Of a DNA stretch of 64,000 nucleotides, positions 50,134-61,307 are shown piece by piece. The position numbers were made by a program, and so were the translations under genes. Numbering within the stretch: position 1 is the stretch's first letter; each line of letters begins with the position of its first letter. Under the pieces are notes generated by a model, which did no database searches, had not been told where the DNA came from, and saw only the letters and a program-made list of their open reading frames with translations. The DNA is from Pachysolen tannophilus NRRL Y-2460. Its lineage: Eukaryota. The stretch covers positions 1,962,041-2,026,040 of the forward strand of contig KV454011.1 in assembly GCA_001661245.1 (NCBI GenBank), given 5' to 3'.

Positions 50134-53070
50134 ATGTCAAGTAGAAATTCTGATGATGATGAAAAGCAGGAGTTTATTCTGCCTTCTTCTAGTTCTTCGC
50201 CAGCGCTAATAGGTGAAGATGAAGATGATGGATCTTCTAGAAGTACACCAGAATTAAGAGATAGGAAACCATTAAGAGAAAAATTAGATTTGCTTCAACC
50301 ATTGACGAGTGAGAGGAAGCATAATAAAATTGTGTTTAGCAAGTCGATTTTCAAGCAGATAATATGGGTAATTTATGTGATGACGCCTATAGTAATTATA
50401 TCTACATACTTGTTACAAAATTTACTATTATTTGTACGTTATGGTAATATTAATGGATATCAAAACAATGAACTGAGAAGTTTTTATCGTCCAGATTTAC
50501 CTTCTTCATTTAATTCAAAGTCTGGAAGGTATGATGACTTGAATATTGAATTTTATGATTTAAAAGATTATCAAGCTTCTAGTGATGGTTGGAATAATGA
50601 TGAAAGAGTTTTATTTTGTGTTCCATTAAGAGATGCTTCTTCACATTTGGATATGTTTTTCAACCATTTGAAAAATTTGACTTATCCTCATAACTTGATT
50701 GATTTAGCTTTCTTGATATCGGATAGTCAGGATACAACTTTAAAAGATTTGAAAAGGCATTTAAAAGATGTTCAAAATGATCTGGATGAATCAATGAGAT
50801 TTGGTAGAATAAATATTTATGAGAAAAATTTTGGTCAATCAATTGGTCAAAGTTTTAGTGCAAGACATGGATTCCAAGCTCAGGGCCCAAGAAGAAAATT
50901 AATGGCTATTGCGAGAAATTGGTTATTATCCACAGCTTTACGTCCTGATCATTCTTGGGTCTATTGGAGAGATATAGACGTTGAAACTTGTCCAGGAACT
51001 ATAATTGAAGATTTGATGCATCATGATAAAGATGTAATAGTTCCTAATGTTTGGAGACCTTTGCCCGATTGGTTAGGTTATGAACAACCATATGATTTAA
51101 ATTCATGGCAAGAAAGTGAAGGAGGTGTAGAACTAGCTGAAAACTTGGATGACAATGCTGTTATCGTGGAAGGTTATGTTGAGTTTGCTACATGGAGACC
51201 ACACTTGGCGTACTTGAGAGATCCAAACGGTGATGAGGAAGTTGAAATGGAACTTGATGGTATTGGTGGGGTTTCAATTTTGTCCAAGGCATCTGTTTTC
51301 AAAAATGGTGCTAATTTTCCTGCTTTTTCATTTCAAAAACATGCTGAAACTGAAGGTTTTGGTAAATTATGTAGAACAATGGGTTATTCAGTTATTGGTT
51401 TGCCACATTATACTATATGGCATATTTATGAACCTTCAACAGATGACATTAAACATATGGAATGGATGGCTGAAGAAGAGAGAAGAAGATTAGAAAGATT
51501 AAAAGTAAAGAAAATTTATGACAAAGCTTGGAAGTTAGCATTTGAAGATGTTGAACCTGATTGGGATCTTTTGAAATTTAATGTTTTCAAAAATACAGAT
51601 TTGAAAAGGTCAATCCAAGTTGATTGGGAAGAAAGTGATGAATATTTACAAGATTTGCATGAATTTGATGAGAAAGGAATCAATTTCGATAAATTATTTG
51701 ATGATGATTATTATAATGCCATTTTTTCTCAAAATAACGATTATAAAAACTATGATCCAAATGATCCTCAGAAATTCAGACATTTACCTTCCCATAAACA
51801 TTCAGATATAAATTTGAAGTTAAAATTGAACGATTATGAAAGTAAGAAGAAAACAAAAGTTGGAACTATGGGTACTTTCAAAAACAAAAATGAAAATGAT
51901 TATTTTGATGTTTTAAATTACGGCTTGAACAAAGGTGAAGAATTGTTCAATAAATTCCCTGTAAACCCTTACTTGTCAACCGGTGAAAAGAGGATAGAAA
52001 AAATGAGATTTGTTAAATTTAAGAAAAATGAAATCTGGAAATTTGAAGACGAAGAGATTGCTCCTAAGACTGACAAAGATGATAATCTTGATGATTTGAG
52101 TGCCGCTGGTAGTAGCGATAATAATATTGAAGTAGAAAGCAAGAACTTAGATTCTTCAGATCAACAGGTCCAAGCTGATGCATCCAGAAAGGAAGGTGAT
52201 GTATATGACAAAGGAAAAGAAGGAGTTGATAAATCTGAACTGGATGAAGCTGAGCTGAACAGGCTGGCGGCCGCCGTAGCTGCTGCCGCTGTAGCTGCTG
52301 TTGGTGGCAAAGACGAGGGTGCAAAGGACTCTCGTATCGATTCTGGAGATGTTGGTGTTCTAGCTGATCAAAACCTTATAGATGAAGAAAGGCCTCTAGC
52401 TAAGGCTGGGTCCTTTGGCGAAAGCAATGAGCAATTTGCTCCTGTTGCTCCAGCGGCACAGGCACAGGCAGACAGAAACAGGGCACCTGTTGGTGATAAT
52501 GCAGATAGTCAGTTCGGTAAAGCGGCGGGTTCAGTCGGTGGCGCTGGTGCTGCTAATGTTCCTGGTGTTCCTGGTGCTGCTGGTGCTCCTGGTGCTCCTG
52601 GTGTTGTTGGTGCTCCTCTTGATGATGCCAACGGGCCCCCTAAAATGGGTGAGATAGTAGGTCTTGCTAAAGATCAAGTAGAGAAAAAAGATAAAATAAT
52701 TCCTAACATCGATGAACCATTACCAAGGAAAGCGATAGGTGTTGCGGGAGGTAGTGACGAAGTAAAAAGAGTTCAGATGAGAGGAGGAGCTGCTGCCGCT
52801 GCCGTTGCAATTGATAATAACAAAGTACGTGCTGCAGCACAGGGTGACAATCCAGCTGCAGTTGCTTTAGAAAATAAGAAAGACCAGTTGGTGCCTGGAG
52901 AAAAAGGTCAAGAATCTATAAATAAAAAAGGATTAAATGAAAACAACCCTCCATTACAGGATGCTAATTTTGGAAAGGAAGCTCTGCAGGTTGGAGTAAA
53001 AGAACCTGACAGCAATCGGAAGGCTGCTTTAAAAGAAGCAGTTGTTGCTGATTCAGGCAAAAATATATAG
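50134..53070 (+). CDS. ANP1: Golgi mannan polymerase II subunit Anp1 with long C-terminal extension
   Basis: Type II TM, LTYPHNLIDLAFL, HSWVYWRDIDV, PNVWRPLPDWL, WRPHLAYLRD and the Anp1-type DDIKHMEWMAEEE. Confidence 0.88.
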   Translation: MSSRNSDDDEKQEFILPSSSSSPALIGEDEDDGSSRSTPELRDRKPLREKLDLLQPLTSERKHNKIVFSKSIFKQIIWVIYVMTPIVIISTYLLQNLLLFVRYGNINGYQNNELRSFYRPDLPSSFNSKSGRYDDLNIEFYDLKDYQASSDGWNNDERVLFCVPLRDASSHLDMFFNHLKNLTYPHNLIDLAFLISDSQDTTLKDLKRHLKDVQNDLDESMRFGRINIYEKNFGQSIGQSFSARHGFQAQGPRRKLMAIARNWLLSTALRPDHSWVYWRDIDVETCPGTIIEDLMHHDKDVIVPNVWRPLPDWLGYEQPYDLNSWQESEGGVELAENLDDNAVIVEGYVEFATWRPHLAYLRDPNGDEEVEMELDGIGGVSILSKASVFKNGANFPAFSFQKHAETEGFGKLCRTMGYSVIGLPHYTIWHIYEPSTDDIKHMEWMAEEERRRLERLKVKKIYDKAWKLAFEDVEPDWDLLKFNVFKNTDLKRSIQVDWEESDEYLQDLHEFDEKGINFDKLFDDDYYNAIFSQNNDYKNYDPNDPQKFRHLPSHKHSDINLKLKLNDYESKKKTKVGTMGTFKNKNENDYFDVLNYGLNKGEELFNKFPVNPYLSTGEKRIEKMRFVKFKKNEIWKFEDEEIAPKTDKDDNLDDLSAAGSSDNNIEVESKNLDSSDQQVQADASRKEGDVYDKGKEGVDKSELDEAELNRLAAAVAAAAVAAVGGKDEGAKDSRIDSGDVGVLADQNLIDEERPLAKAGSFGESNEQFAPVAPAAQAQADRNRAPVGDNADSQFGKAAGSVGGAGAANVPGVPGAAGAPGAPGVVGAPLDDANGPPKMGEIVGLAKDQVEKKDKIIPNIDEPLPRKAIGVAGGSDEVKRVQMRGGAAAAAVAIDNNKVRAAAQGDNPAAVALENKKDQLVPGEKGQESINKKGLNENNPPLQDANFGKEALQVGVKEPDSNRKAALKEAVVADSGKNI

Positions 53071-53300
53071 AAGTCTTGAAGAAGACAAACCATTACGATA
53101 TTTACAGTTCTTTTTTTGATTGAAGTCTTTGAATTTTTTTTTTTTTAGCTTTATGTTTTTTAACTTCAGTTTTTTGGTTGAAACAACTGTTTCATGTAAT
53201 TTCTAGTTTTAAAGGATTTTTCGATTCACATCTAAATATATTTTTATTTCTTCATCTTTACAATTGCAGTTATTTAAAAAGATATTGATTTTCTCGTTAT

Positions 53301-53353
53301 CTCATCTAAATAGGTTAAAAAATTTTCACTAAAAAATTTAAAAAAAATTTTCA
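53301..53353 (+). promoter_or_regulatory. PAC (CTCATC) plus two RRPE (AAAAATTTTCA) ribosome-biogenesis elements
   Basis: CTCATC at 53301..53306; AAAAAATTTTCA at 53317..53328 and about 53342..53353, 60-110 bp upstream of nucleolar NOP13. Confidence 0.7.
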
Positions 53354-53410
53354 ACTTTTTTTCTCTTAATAGTTAAATACAATAACTGATAGGTTTGAAA
53401 CAGTCTTATA

Positions 53411-54562
53411 ATGGCAAAGTCAAATAAAGACAGTATAGATGATGTCTCTGCTTCTGTTTCATCATCAGAAGTAATATCAGAGAAGAAACGTAATCTTGAT
53501 GAGATTGAAATTGATCTTAGCCAAGCTACTCCATTATCTAAAAAACAGAAGAGATTATTGAGGAAAGGAAAACTAGTTACACCAGAGGTAACTCCTGTAG
53601 TGCTGTTAAATGAAGAAAAAGGAAAAAATGATGATGCAGAAACTGAGAGCGTGAAAGAGAAGACGGAAAAGAAGAAATCGGACTATGGTATTTGGATTGG
53701 TAATTTATCATTTGATACCACTAAAGAAGACCTAATTAGATATTTAGTGGCCAAGACTTCACAAAATCCAGTGTACACCACTGAAACTAATGATAAGGAT
53801 ATGGTCAAGATTGAAGAATCGGATATAGTCAGGGTGAATTTACCAAAGGGTAAGGACGGTAAAATCAAAGGTTTCTCTTACGTTGATTTCAACACTTTGA
53901 ATCACGTGATCACTGCTGTTGGACTCTCTGAACAAGCATTAAATGGAAGGAACTTGTTAATTAAAGATTCTAATTCGTTTGAAGGAAGGCCGGAACCAAA
54001 AGCTTCAAGCTTTTCTCTGAGTGGCAAGCCACCTTCTAGAATCTTGTTTGTTGGTAATTTACCCTTTGATACAACAAGAGAACTTTTACAAGAGCATTTT
54101 CTGAGTTGTGGGAAGATAACAAAGATTAGAATGGCAACTTTCGAAGATACTGGTAAATGTAAAGGTTTTTCGTTTGTTGATTTTAAAGATGAAACAGGAT
54201 CCACTGCTGCTATTAAAAATAAAGTATATCATAAGTTGTTAGGAAGAACATTAAGATTAGAGTTTGGAGAGGATAGATCAAAGAGACATCCTAACCATAT
54301 CAACAAGTCACAAAAACTTACAACCGAATCTGTTCCAAACAATGATGTAGAATCTGTTGTTAAGCAAAGATCCAATATTGGAAGGGAAAGAAACAAGCCA
54401 GAAACTTTTGTTGAAAACAAGTTTGCAAAACGTGAACACAAAAACTTTCATACTGATTTAGCTCCAAATAAGAGACTAAAATCTTCAGTGGCATTGGCAG
54501 GTGCTCAGAGACAAAGTGCAGCCATTGTAGAGTCTAAAGGAAAGAAAATTACCTTTGATTAA
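53411..54562 (+). CDS. NOP13: Nucleolar two-RRM protein Nop13
   Basis: EIDLSQATPLSKKQKRLLRKGK, YGIWIGNLSFDTT, PPSRILFVGNL, IRMATFEDTGKCKGF, C-terminal GKKITFD. Confidence 0.92.
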   Translation: MAKSNKDSIDDVSASVSSSEVISEKKRNLDEIEIDLSQATPLSKKQKRLLRKGKLVTPEVTPVVLLNEEKGKNDDAETESVKEKTEKKKSDYGIWIGNLSFDTTKEDLIRYLVAKTSQNPVYTTETNDKDMVKIEESDIVRVNLPKGKDGKIKGFSYVDFNTLNHVITAVGLSEQALNGRNLLIKDSNSFEGRPEPKASSFSLSGKPPSRILFVGNLPFDTTRELLQEHFLSCGKITKIRMATFEDTGKCKGFSFVDFKDETGSTAAIKNKVYHKLLGRTLRLEFGEDRSKRHPNHINKSQKLTTESVPNNDVESVVKQRSNIGRERNKPETFVENKFAKREHKNFHTDLAPNKRLKSSVALAGAQRQSAAIVESKGKKITFD

Positions 54563-55008
54563 ATTCAGCTGATACTTAGATTTTATCATATGTTTCTCTT
54601 TATTTTTTTGTATTTAAATATATAAATAATTCAAAAAATTCCAGTTGATTTTATTTCTATATATATATATAGTTGTAACTGTATAATAAAAAAAAGTGAT
54701 TTGAAGACATTTTATAAACAAAGAGAAATGAAAGATAAGGCAATACATGTTAAAAAAAATAAAAAAAAAAAAAAAAAAAAAGTGGGTATAAAGAGTATGG
54801 GTATAGATAAACAAAACACTATGTCACATAAATATAGAGATTAAAAAAAGTTTCAAAAATGAAAATAAAGTAAATCTTTAATAACTAAATCTTCAGTATT
54901 TGGATATTTCATATTTCAATCATTCTTTACCTTTCCTTTCTTTTAATCGAATAAACCTTGAATCTATATCCGTCATTCTTTTTTTTATTTTTTATCTTTT
55001 TTTTTTTT

Positions 55009-57336
55009 TCAAAGGCTGGAATCATCATTACTACTGCCACTTCCATCAATACTGCTCAAGCTACTGCTTCCAATACTACTCAAATCAAGTAACATACTGT
55101 TATCATCACTGTTTCTATTGCTACTATTTGTAGAATTGCTATTTTTGTTATTACCACTGCTTAACCCTCCTGCACTATTTGTATTATTTCCTTTTTGCTT
55201 CTTGGTAGAGTCTCTTTGTCTTGTTGATGATAAAGTATCAAATACTATCACATCTTTATTATTATCACTGAACACATTAGCTTTACTATTATAATTTGCC
55301 CTTCTCGATCTTGGAATGGGTGGTATTGGAGGTTTCCGCTTGGTATTACTTGCAGCATTGAGTGGAGTTAAAATGCCTTGCTTCTGAGGAAGTTTACTTC
55401 CGTCAATTTTTAATCCGACGTTATCATATCTAGTTGAGTTTTTCTTTGTATAAGTAGTAGTTGATTTAGGAAGTCCTCCTCCAGATCTCACGTTATATGT
55501 ATCAATACCAGTTTGATCCATATCTTTTTCCTCTGAATCATTAGTATGCGAGCTGAAATCTTCTTCATATAACACATCCATCTGCCTAAGAGTAGGTGAG
55601 TTTGCATTGGAATTAATTACATCTGATTGACTCGAAGGTGGTGTGTAATGATCATTATTTTTATAATGATTATTGGCCAACATAGTATCTACCTTTAAAC
55701 TACTAAGACTGAATTTCTTGGAAGGATTCAGAAGACCCTCATCATTTCCACCTTCATTCTCTTCATTTTGTAAAATATTTTTTGACAATCCAATAAGTCC
55801 AAATTGACTGTCTTCGGATGATCTTCGTGAAGGCATCTGTGGGCGTAACGGGGATCTATTCTTTGTGTTGGAAATATATTCAAATCCAAAATCTTCTTCG
55901 TTTAAATTTGAGCCATACGTTGTATTTGCAGCTCCATTTCCTCTTGTACCATCATTGTAAATAGATTTTTCATTTAGTTCACTTGAAGAGCCCATCTTAT
56001 GAGTTGAATTTGATGACACTCCTCCTCCTCCTCCAAATATTCCTAAAAATGATAATTTTGGATGACTATTTTTATTTGTTTTATTCTTGTTGTTAAATGA
56101 CAATGGTTTAAAAATACCAATATCAAATATGCTCTTATGAGTTTTTTCATCCGTGGTGAATGGATTTTCTGGATCTAGTATATTAAAATCATCATCCACT
56201 ACTACATCTCTACCTGTAGCTGTTGTGGTTACATTATATCTTCTCCTCTTTGCTTTAACTTTTCTTCTTCTTAAAACCCATAAAAGTAATAATAAAAGGA
56301 AAAGTCCAACAACTCCTCCTACAACTCCTCCTGCAATCTTGGGAGTACGATCCGTATTGCTACTCTTAGCTGTACTTGAAGTACTAGCAACCCCTGATTC
56401 ATGGGCTAATACACTTTGGAAATATGAATAATCAGTCACTATTGGGCTAGCACTATATGATGATGCAGAAGAAGGAGTGGAATATGAATCGTAAGAATAT
56501 GTCACCACTGTTTCTGTGGGTATATCTGTTGTGAAAGTAGTTGATGCATCTGTTATTATATACTCCTGTGTATAAGAAACAGTTTCCAGTGTGGTTACAT
56601 ATACATCCAGAGCTGATGACGAAGAACTTGAAGAAGAACTTGAAGAAGAACTTGAGCTCGAAGAAGAGTCTGTGGAAGTGGATGCGGACGTCGATGATTT
56701 GGTTGAAGTTGAAGTTGAAGATGAAGTTGAAGTTGAAGTTGAGGACGAAGTGATGCTGGACGATGTGCTTGATGAGGTTTTTGATGAAGATGACGATGCT
56801 GTTGATATCTCGGATGTTGAAATTGGGTAAAATGGACTTGCCAATGCCGCTGAATATGCCGAACTCTCATCCAGACTTCCGTTGGAAGATGCGGTGCTTG
56901 AAGTCCGTGTGGAAACTGTCGCTGTTGATGATGATAAGGATGATGACGATGTCGATGTCGATGATAATGATGATGTCGATGTAAGTGACAAAGATGACGT
57001 CGATGACGTCGATGACGACACACTTATACTACTGGCACCGCTCTCATTATCACTACTTTCACTAATCTCACTACTCGTTGATGAAGAAACTCCATTGCTC
57101 GTTATAGTGTTCCCGACACTTATACTTGTTTCCACTGCTGATGACACACTCTCCGAGTTTGATGGTTCCAGCAAGGCTTGGCTTGAAGTAGTCAAGGAGG
57201 AAGAATCAGCAGTGACTGTCAGTGAACTCGATGTCACCGTCGATGAAGACGCTGTTGACGATTCCGTCGCAGCACTCGAAGACGAATCATCCTCTTCTAT
57301 ATACAGACTTGTTGAAAACGTAGCAGTGTTTTCAAT
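55009..57336 (-). CDS. TDA7: Ser/Thr-rich single-pass membrane protein, Tda7/YNL176C-like; start codon unresolved
   Basis: S/T-rich ectodomain, YTQEYIITDASTTFTTDIPT motif, TM IAGGVVGGVVGLFLLLLLLWVL followed by RRRK, and C-terminal RKPPIPPIPRSR. Adjacent to NOP13 as in S. cerevisiae. Frame is open from 57336. Confidence 0.72.
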   Translation of the reverse strand: MENTATFSTSLYIEEDDSSSSAATESSTASSSTVTSSSLTVTADSSSLTTSSQALLEPSNSESVSSAVETSISVGNTITSNGVSSSTSSEISESSDNESGASSISVSSSTSSTSSLSLTSTSSLSSTSTSSSSLSSSTATVSTRTSSTASSNGSLDESSAYSAALASPFYPISTSEISTASSSSSKTSSSTSSSITSSSTSTSTSSSTSTSTKSSTSASTSTDSSSSSSSSSSSSSSSSSSALDVYVTTLETVSYTQEYIITDASTTFTTDIPTETVVTYSYDSYSTPSSASSYSASPIVTDYSYFQSVLAHESGVASTSSTAKSSNTDRTPKIAGGVVGGVVGLFLLLLLLWVLRRRKVKAKRRRYNVTTTATGRDVVVDDDFNILDPENPFTTDEKTHKSIFDIGIFKPLSFNNKNKTNKNSHPKLSFLGIFGGGGGVSSNSTHKMGSSSELNEKSIYNDGTRGNGAANTTYGSNLNEEDFGFEYISNTKNRSPLRPQMPSRRSSEDSQFGLIGLSKNILQNEENEGGNDEGLLNPSKKFSLSSLKVDTMLANNHYKNNDHYTPPSSQSDVINSNANSPTLRQMDVLYEEDFSSHTNDSEEKDMDQTGIDTYNVRSGGGLPKSTTTYTKKNSTRYDNVGLKIDGSKLPQKQGILTPLNAASNTKRKPPIPPIPRSRRANYNSKANVFSDNNKDVIVFDTLSSTRQRDSTKKQKGNNTNSAGGLSSGNNKNSNSTNSSNRNSDDNSMLLDLSSIGSSSLSSIDGSGSSNDDSSL

Positions 57337-58410
57337 TTATTTTATTTTATTTTATTATTATTTTTTTTTTTCATTTAAAGGCGCACTAGCTCAGCATATT
57401 TTTTATTTTTATTTTTATTTTTATTTTTTTTATTTTTATTTTTTTTTTTGTCTCTTATGCATAATGTTTACCACAACAAACACATCATCACCTACGACTT
57501 AAACAAATACTAAATCAAATAATGAGATCTATGAGTGTATCTGAATATGTTCAGTATTGGTATCTGCTTGTAATGGCCTTAAAAAATTAAGCGCCCTGAA
57601 TGAATAATCCTGTAATTAGGAAAACTTGATATCTAAACCTTGTAATGGCTTGAAAATAATTAAAAAAAGAAATAAGCAAGTCAAAAAAAAAACAAAAGGA
57701 AGAAAATAAATGAAAAAAATACTTCTTCAATATCAGTTAAAAATCTTTATATATATAATGATATATATATATATATATATATAAACTAGTAGCAAAAGCT
57801 GATTGGTAAAACGAAGGAATATCTATACATATACATATATATGTATATATATAGATTGAATATATATATATATCTATCTTATTTTGTTTAAATAAATTAT
57901 TGTTATATTATTGTTATTTTATTCAAATATTAAAAGCGCAGAAATTTAATCTAAAACTTGGGTAGTGTGCGTTTTGACAACTTTCTAAATTAGGAATGTT
58001 ACAATTTCATCTCGAATTGCACGCCAGGAGAAAACGAGTTCAAAAAAAAAAATTTGAAGGCGGAAATTTTCTTGGTCAAACGGGCGGGCAGGCAGGCAAG
58101 TAGGCACCCAGAGAGACAGACAGATAGAAACAGGTATACGAAACAAATTAGTTGTACTAGTTGGACATTTGGCTAGAATAAAAAAAAAGAAATCTTAATA
58201 AATCTTAGTAAGTTATGGTGGTCTAGATGATGGTCTAGATGATATATATATATTTAGATATAACTAACATATATAATTAAATAAATAAATTTATTTTTTA
58301 AAAAAAAAAAAAAAAAAAAAAAAGAAAAGAAAAAAAAATTGGCAACCGTATGATTAATGTGATTTATAGGTTTGTTCTATACTGTAGAATTTTCTTAATT
58401 TCTTTTTTTT

Positions 58411-60621
58411 TTAAACATTTTCTTCTACAATTTCTTGCCAAACCCATTTTCTCCATAGTTCACCACTTTCAATGATGATATTTTCAATGTCTCTTAAGGC
58501 CATTGTTGATTTTTTATGTTTATTCCCCGGTGGTGTCATTGTAAATGGGATTGCAGGTGGTGGTAATTCGGATTCGTTGGTAGTAACGTTTTCATTACCA
58601 CTACTATTAGCACCACTTTTAATTTCATCTTCAAACAATTTTTGAAATCCATCCAATTTCGATGACGATGTCTTATTTAAAAATTCTCTGATTTCATTTT
58701 GTTCCAATTCCAAGATTGCAAATTCTTTTTGTTTTAAAAAAGATAATGAAATAAAAACTATTTGTGTATGAGCATCTAAAGTACTATAAGGAACTTCGCT
58801 ATTGTAATCAGTGATTGGTTTATCATCGGGTGAAGAATTGGATAAATACGACGATTTGTTCAAAGATAACGATGATAATAATGATTTGAGAGATTCTCTT
58901 CTATTACTACTCTTATTATCCATATTTTCCTTTTTTAATTGTTCCTCGGAATATAATGGGTGCCAATAAATATCTGGACCTAATAAGGTCAATATTTCAT
59001 CATCAATAGATAAATCATCAATTTCTTCTTGTAAATTTGATGTCTTTATATCTTCGTATAATCTCCATCCTAATAACATATCCCAAATTCTACCTCTATC
59101 TAACCTAGACCACACTTTGGCACCACACCATTTTAACCAAAAGATTATCCAATCATCATTCTTAGTTGAAGGCGAATTTAAAATGTCTTCTTCAGTGAAA
59201 AATTGTGAAAGTTCAGGTAAAAGTCTTCGAAGACAATATAACATAAAAGAAATCCTCTCATCTGCAGTGCCTCCTTTGATTGGTAACGTTGCGCGCAACA
59301 CATTTAACATGTTTGTGGAAGAAGTTTCTGAAAAATCTTCTTCATTTTCAATCCCATCTTCTTCCACATAATCCCCGGCACTATCGTGTAAAGTCTCTTG
59401 TTCTCCTTTCATCTCTTCTTCTTGTAATTCAGGTTTTGGTTCTGGTGAATGTAAAATCACTAATACTAATCTTTCATAAACTTCTGAAAATGACATATTC
59501 TTGAGATGACGATGATGTAATGAATTGTTATTCGTGTTCGATGACGAAACCGAACTGTTATCGTTGGAGATATTATACGAATATGAACGTGATGGTGATG
59601 ATAACGCTGTTGATCCAATACCAATGTCTACAGACCTTTGACTTTGGGTTTCGTCAGTTGGGAATGGTTGCTGATAATCATAAAAATCATCATTTATATT
59701 CTTCAATACGGTCCTACCGTATTTTGAAACCTCATCCCTACCACATAGCACATAATTTGTACCAAGTATTGGTGGATACCATTCAGCTAGCCCTAAAGCA
59801 ACCCAAGTTAATCCAGAATGATAATTAATTAACGATCCCCATTTTTTGAAAAACTTGAGAATCGAAGACTCTAATATGCTAAAAATGTGTTGTTCAATTT
59901 CATTAAATTCTTCATTTCTTTTGATTTTCTCATTACTGTTCCCATTCCCCGGTACTTTGCCGTTCTCATTATTATTCCCATTTCCATTCCCATTCCCATT
60001 CCCAATATTGTCGTTATCATTAGTGTTATGGCTGTTTCCAACATCTATATAATGATTGCTTCTTTTAAAATACTTTTTCAAATCATGATGAATTTTTTTC
60101 TTTAAATTCTCATTTTCCTTATCTGAATCAACCCCCGCACTTTGTCCATTCTTATCATTATTTTCATCTATATAGTAATTATCATCATCGTCATCATCAT
60201 CACCATCAACTTCCACATCGGGAGTAATATAAGGTTTTAACACAAATGGATGATTTCTAAGTAATAAAGGCCATATCTTACACCTTAAATGAGGCGGCAA
60301 CCCACGCTGTCTAGCAATCAAAGCCAATCCAGTAATATTCTTAGTCTCCAAATAATATTCACACAATGCCATTAATTTTGGTTCATCCAAAATAGAAGCC
60401 CTACCTTTATATTTCATCTTTGGATTATTAGTCAAATTCATTGTGTTTGTAGTGGTCGTAGTTGTCGATGTCGATGGTGACGATGCCTGTGATGAGAAAA
60501 ATTGCTGATCAACATTTCTCATATCATTTTTAGGAAAAAATGAAGGTGTCAACGATGATAATGGTTGAGTTCGTATTTTTGAAGGTTGAACATTATTATC
60601 CGAATCCGTTGCCGGCGACAT
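58411..60621 (-). CDS. OCA5: Oca5-like protein (TBC/Rab-GAP-like fold)
   Basis: GLALIARQRGLPPHLRCKIWPLLLRNHPFV, LTWVALGLAEW, WIIFWLKWCGAKVWS..DRGRIWDMLLGWR, IIIESGELWRKW. Confidence 0.82.
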   Translation of the reverse strand: MSPATDSDNNVQPSKIRTQPLSSLTPSFFPKNDMRNVDQQFFSSQASSPSTSTTTTTTNTMNLTNNPKMKYKGRASILDEPKLMALCEYYLETKNITGLALIARQRGLPPHLRCKIWPLLLRNHPFVLKPYITPDVEVDGDDDDDDDNYYIDENNDKNGQSAGVDSDKENENLKKKIHHDLKKYFKRSNHYIDVGNSHNTNDNDNIGNGNGNGNGNNNENGKVPGNGNSNEKIKRNEEFNEIEQHIFSILESSILKFFKKWGSLINYHSGLTWVALGLAEWYPPILGTNYVLCGRDEVSKYGRTVLKNINDDFYDYQQPFPTDETQSQRSVDIGIGSTALSSPSRSYSYNISNDNSSVSSSNTNNNSLHHRHLKNMSFSEVYERLVLVILHSPEPKPELQEEEMKGEQETLHDSAGDYVEEDGIENEEDFSETSSTNMLNVLRATLPIKGGTADERISFMLYCLRRLLPELSQFFTEEDILNSPSTKNDDWIIFWLKWCGAKVWSRLDRGRIWDMLLGWRLYEDIKTSNLQEEIDDLSIDDEILTLLGPDIYWHPLYSEEQLKKENMDNKSSNRRESLKSLLSSLSLNKSSYLSNSSPDDKPITDYNSEVPYSTLDAHTQIVFISLSFLKQKEFAILELEQNEIREFLNKTSSSKLDGFQKLFEDEIKSGANSSGNENVTTNESELPPPAIPFTMTPPGNKHKKSTMALRDIENIIIESGELWRKWVWQEIVEENV

Positions 60622-61307
60622 TTTAATAATATATCAACCGTTCTTTAATCTTGATCTAGTTCCAACAAAGAAACGTTAAAAGAATAAAAAGACAAATAAC
60701 AGGTATATAAACTCCTATTGATAGATAGACTTATATATCCAGCCTGTCTCTTTAATTCTATATATTTTTGATTATATAAATAGTTTCTGTTAAATTGTTT
60801 AGTACGAAATTTTGGAAAATTTTTTCTTTTTTTTTATGTTTTTTTTTTTATGTTTTTTTTTTCTTTGCTTTTTTGTTGATGTGATTTGAGCAGAAACAGA
60901 AATTTTTAAAAAAAGGTCTTGTGATGAACCACCTAAAAGTGATAAATCAAAGAATAAGATAAATCAAAAGATATTAAGCTTAGGCACAATTGATAAGAAG
61001 ATATATAATGATCAAAATGATCTTTTTGAAAAAACTTGTAATTGCCGAAAACTAGTTGTGGGAGTAAAAAAAAAAAAATAATAATAGTAAACCAATTAAA
61101 AATCACCAAAAAATAATTAAGAAAAAAAAAAAAATTATATATATATATATATATATAATATATATCCATATATTAATGCTGTAAAAACCCACCAAAAAAG
61201 AAGCAACCCATGAACCAATCTCTCTCTTGTAGAAAATAAAAATAAAAATAAAAATAAAATAAAATAAAAAATTCTCTAAATACTCAAAAAATAAAAAAAA
61301 ATAGAAC

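Noticed and set aside
56541..57502. Acidic, His-rich or Met-rich ORFs overlapping the TDA7-like gene
   Set aside because: Antisense or frame shadows of Ser/Thr codon repeats, with no independent coding signal.
57741..57875. (TA)n and poly-A/T tracts here and in most intergenic regions
   Set aside because: Ordinary low-complexity DNA for an AT-rich yeast; no LTR, terminal inverted repeat, tRNA or CRISPR-like structure.
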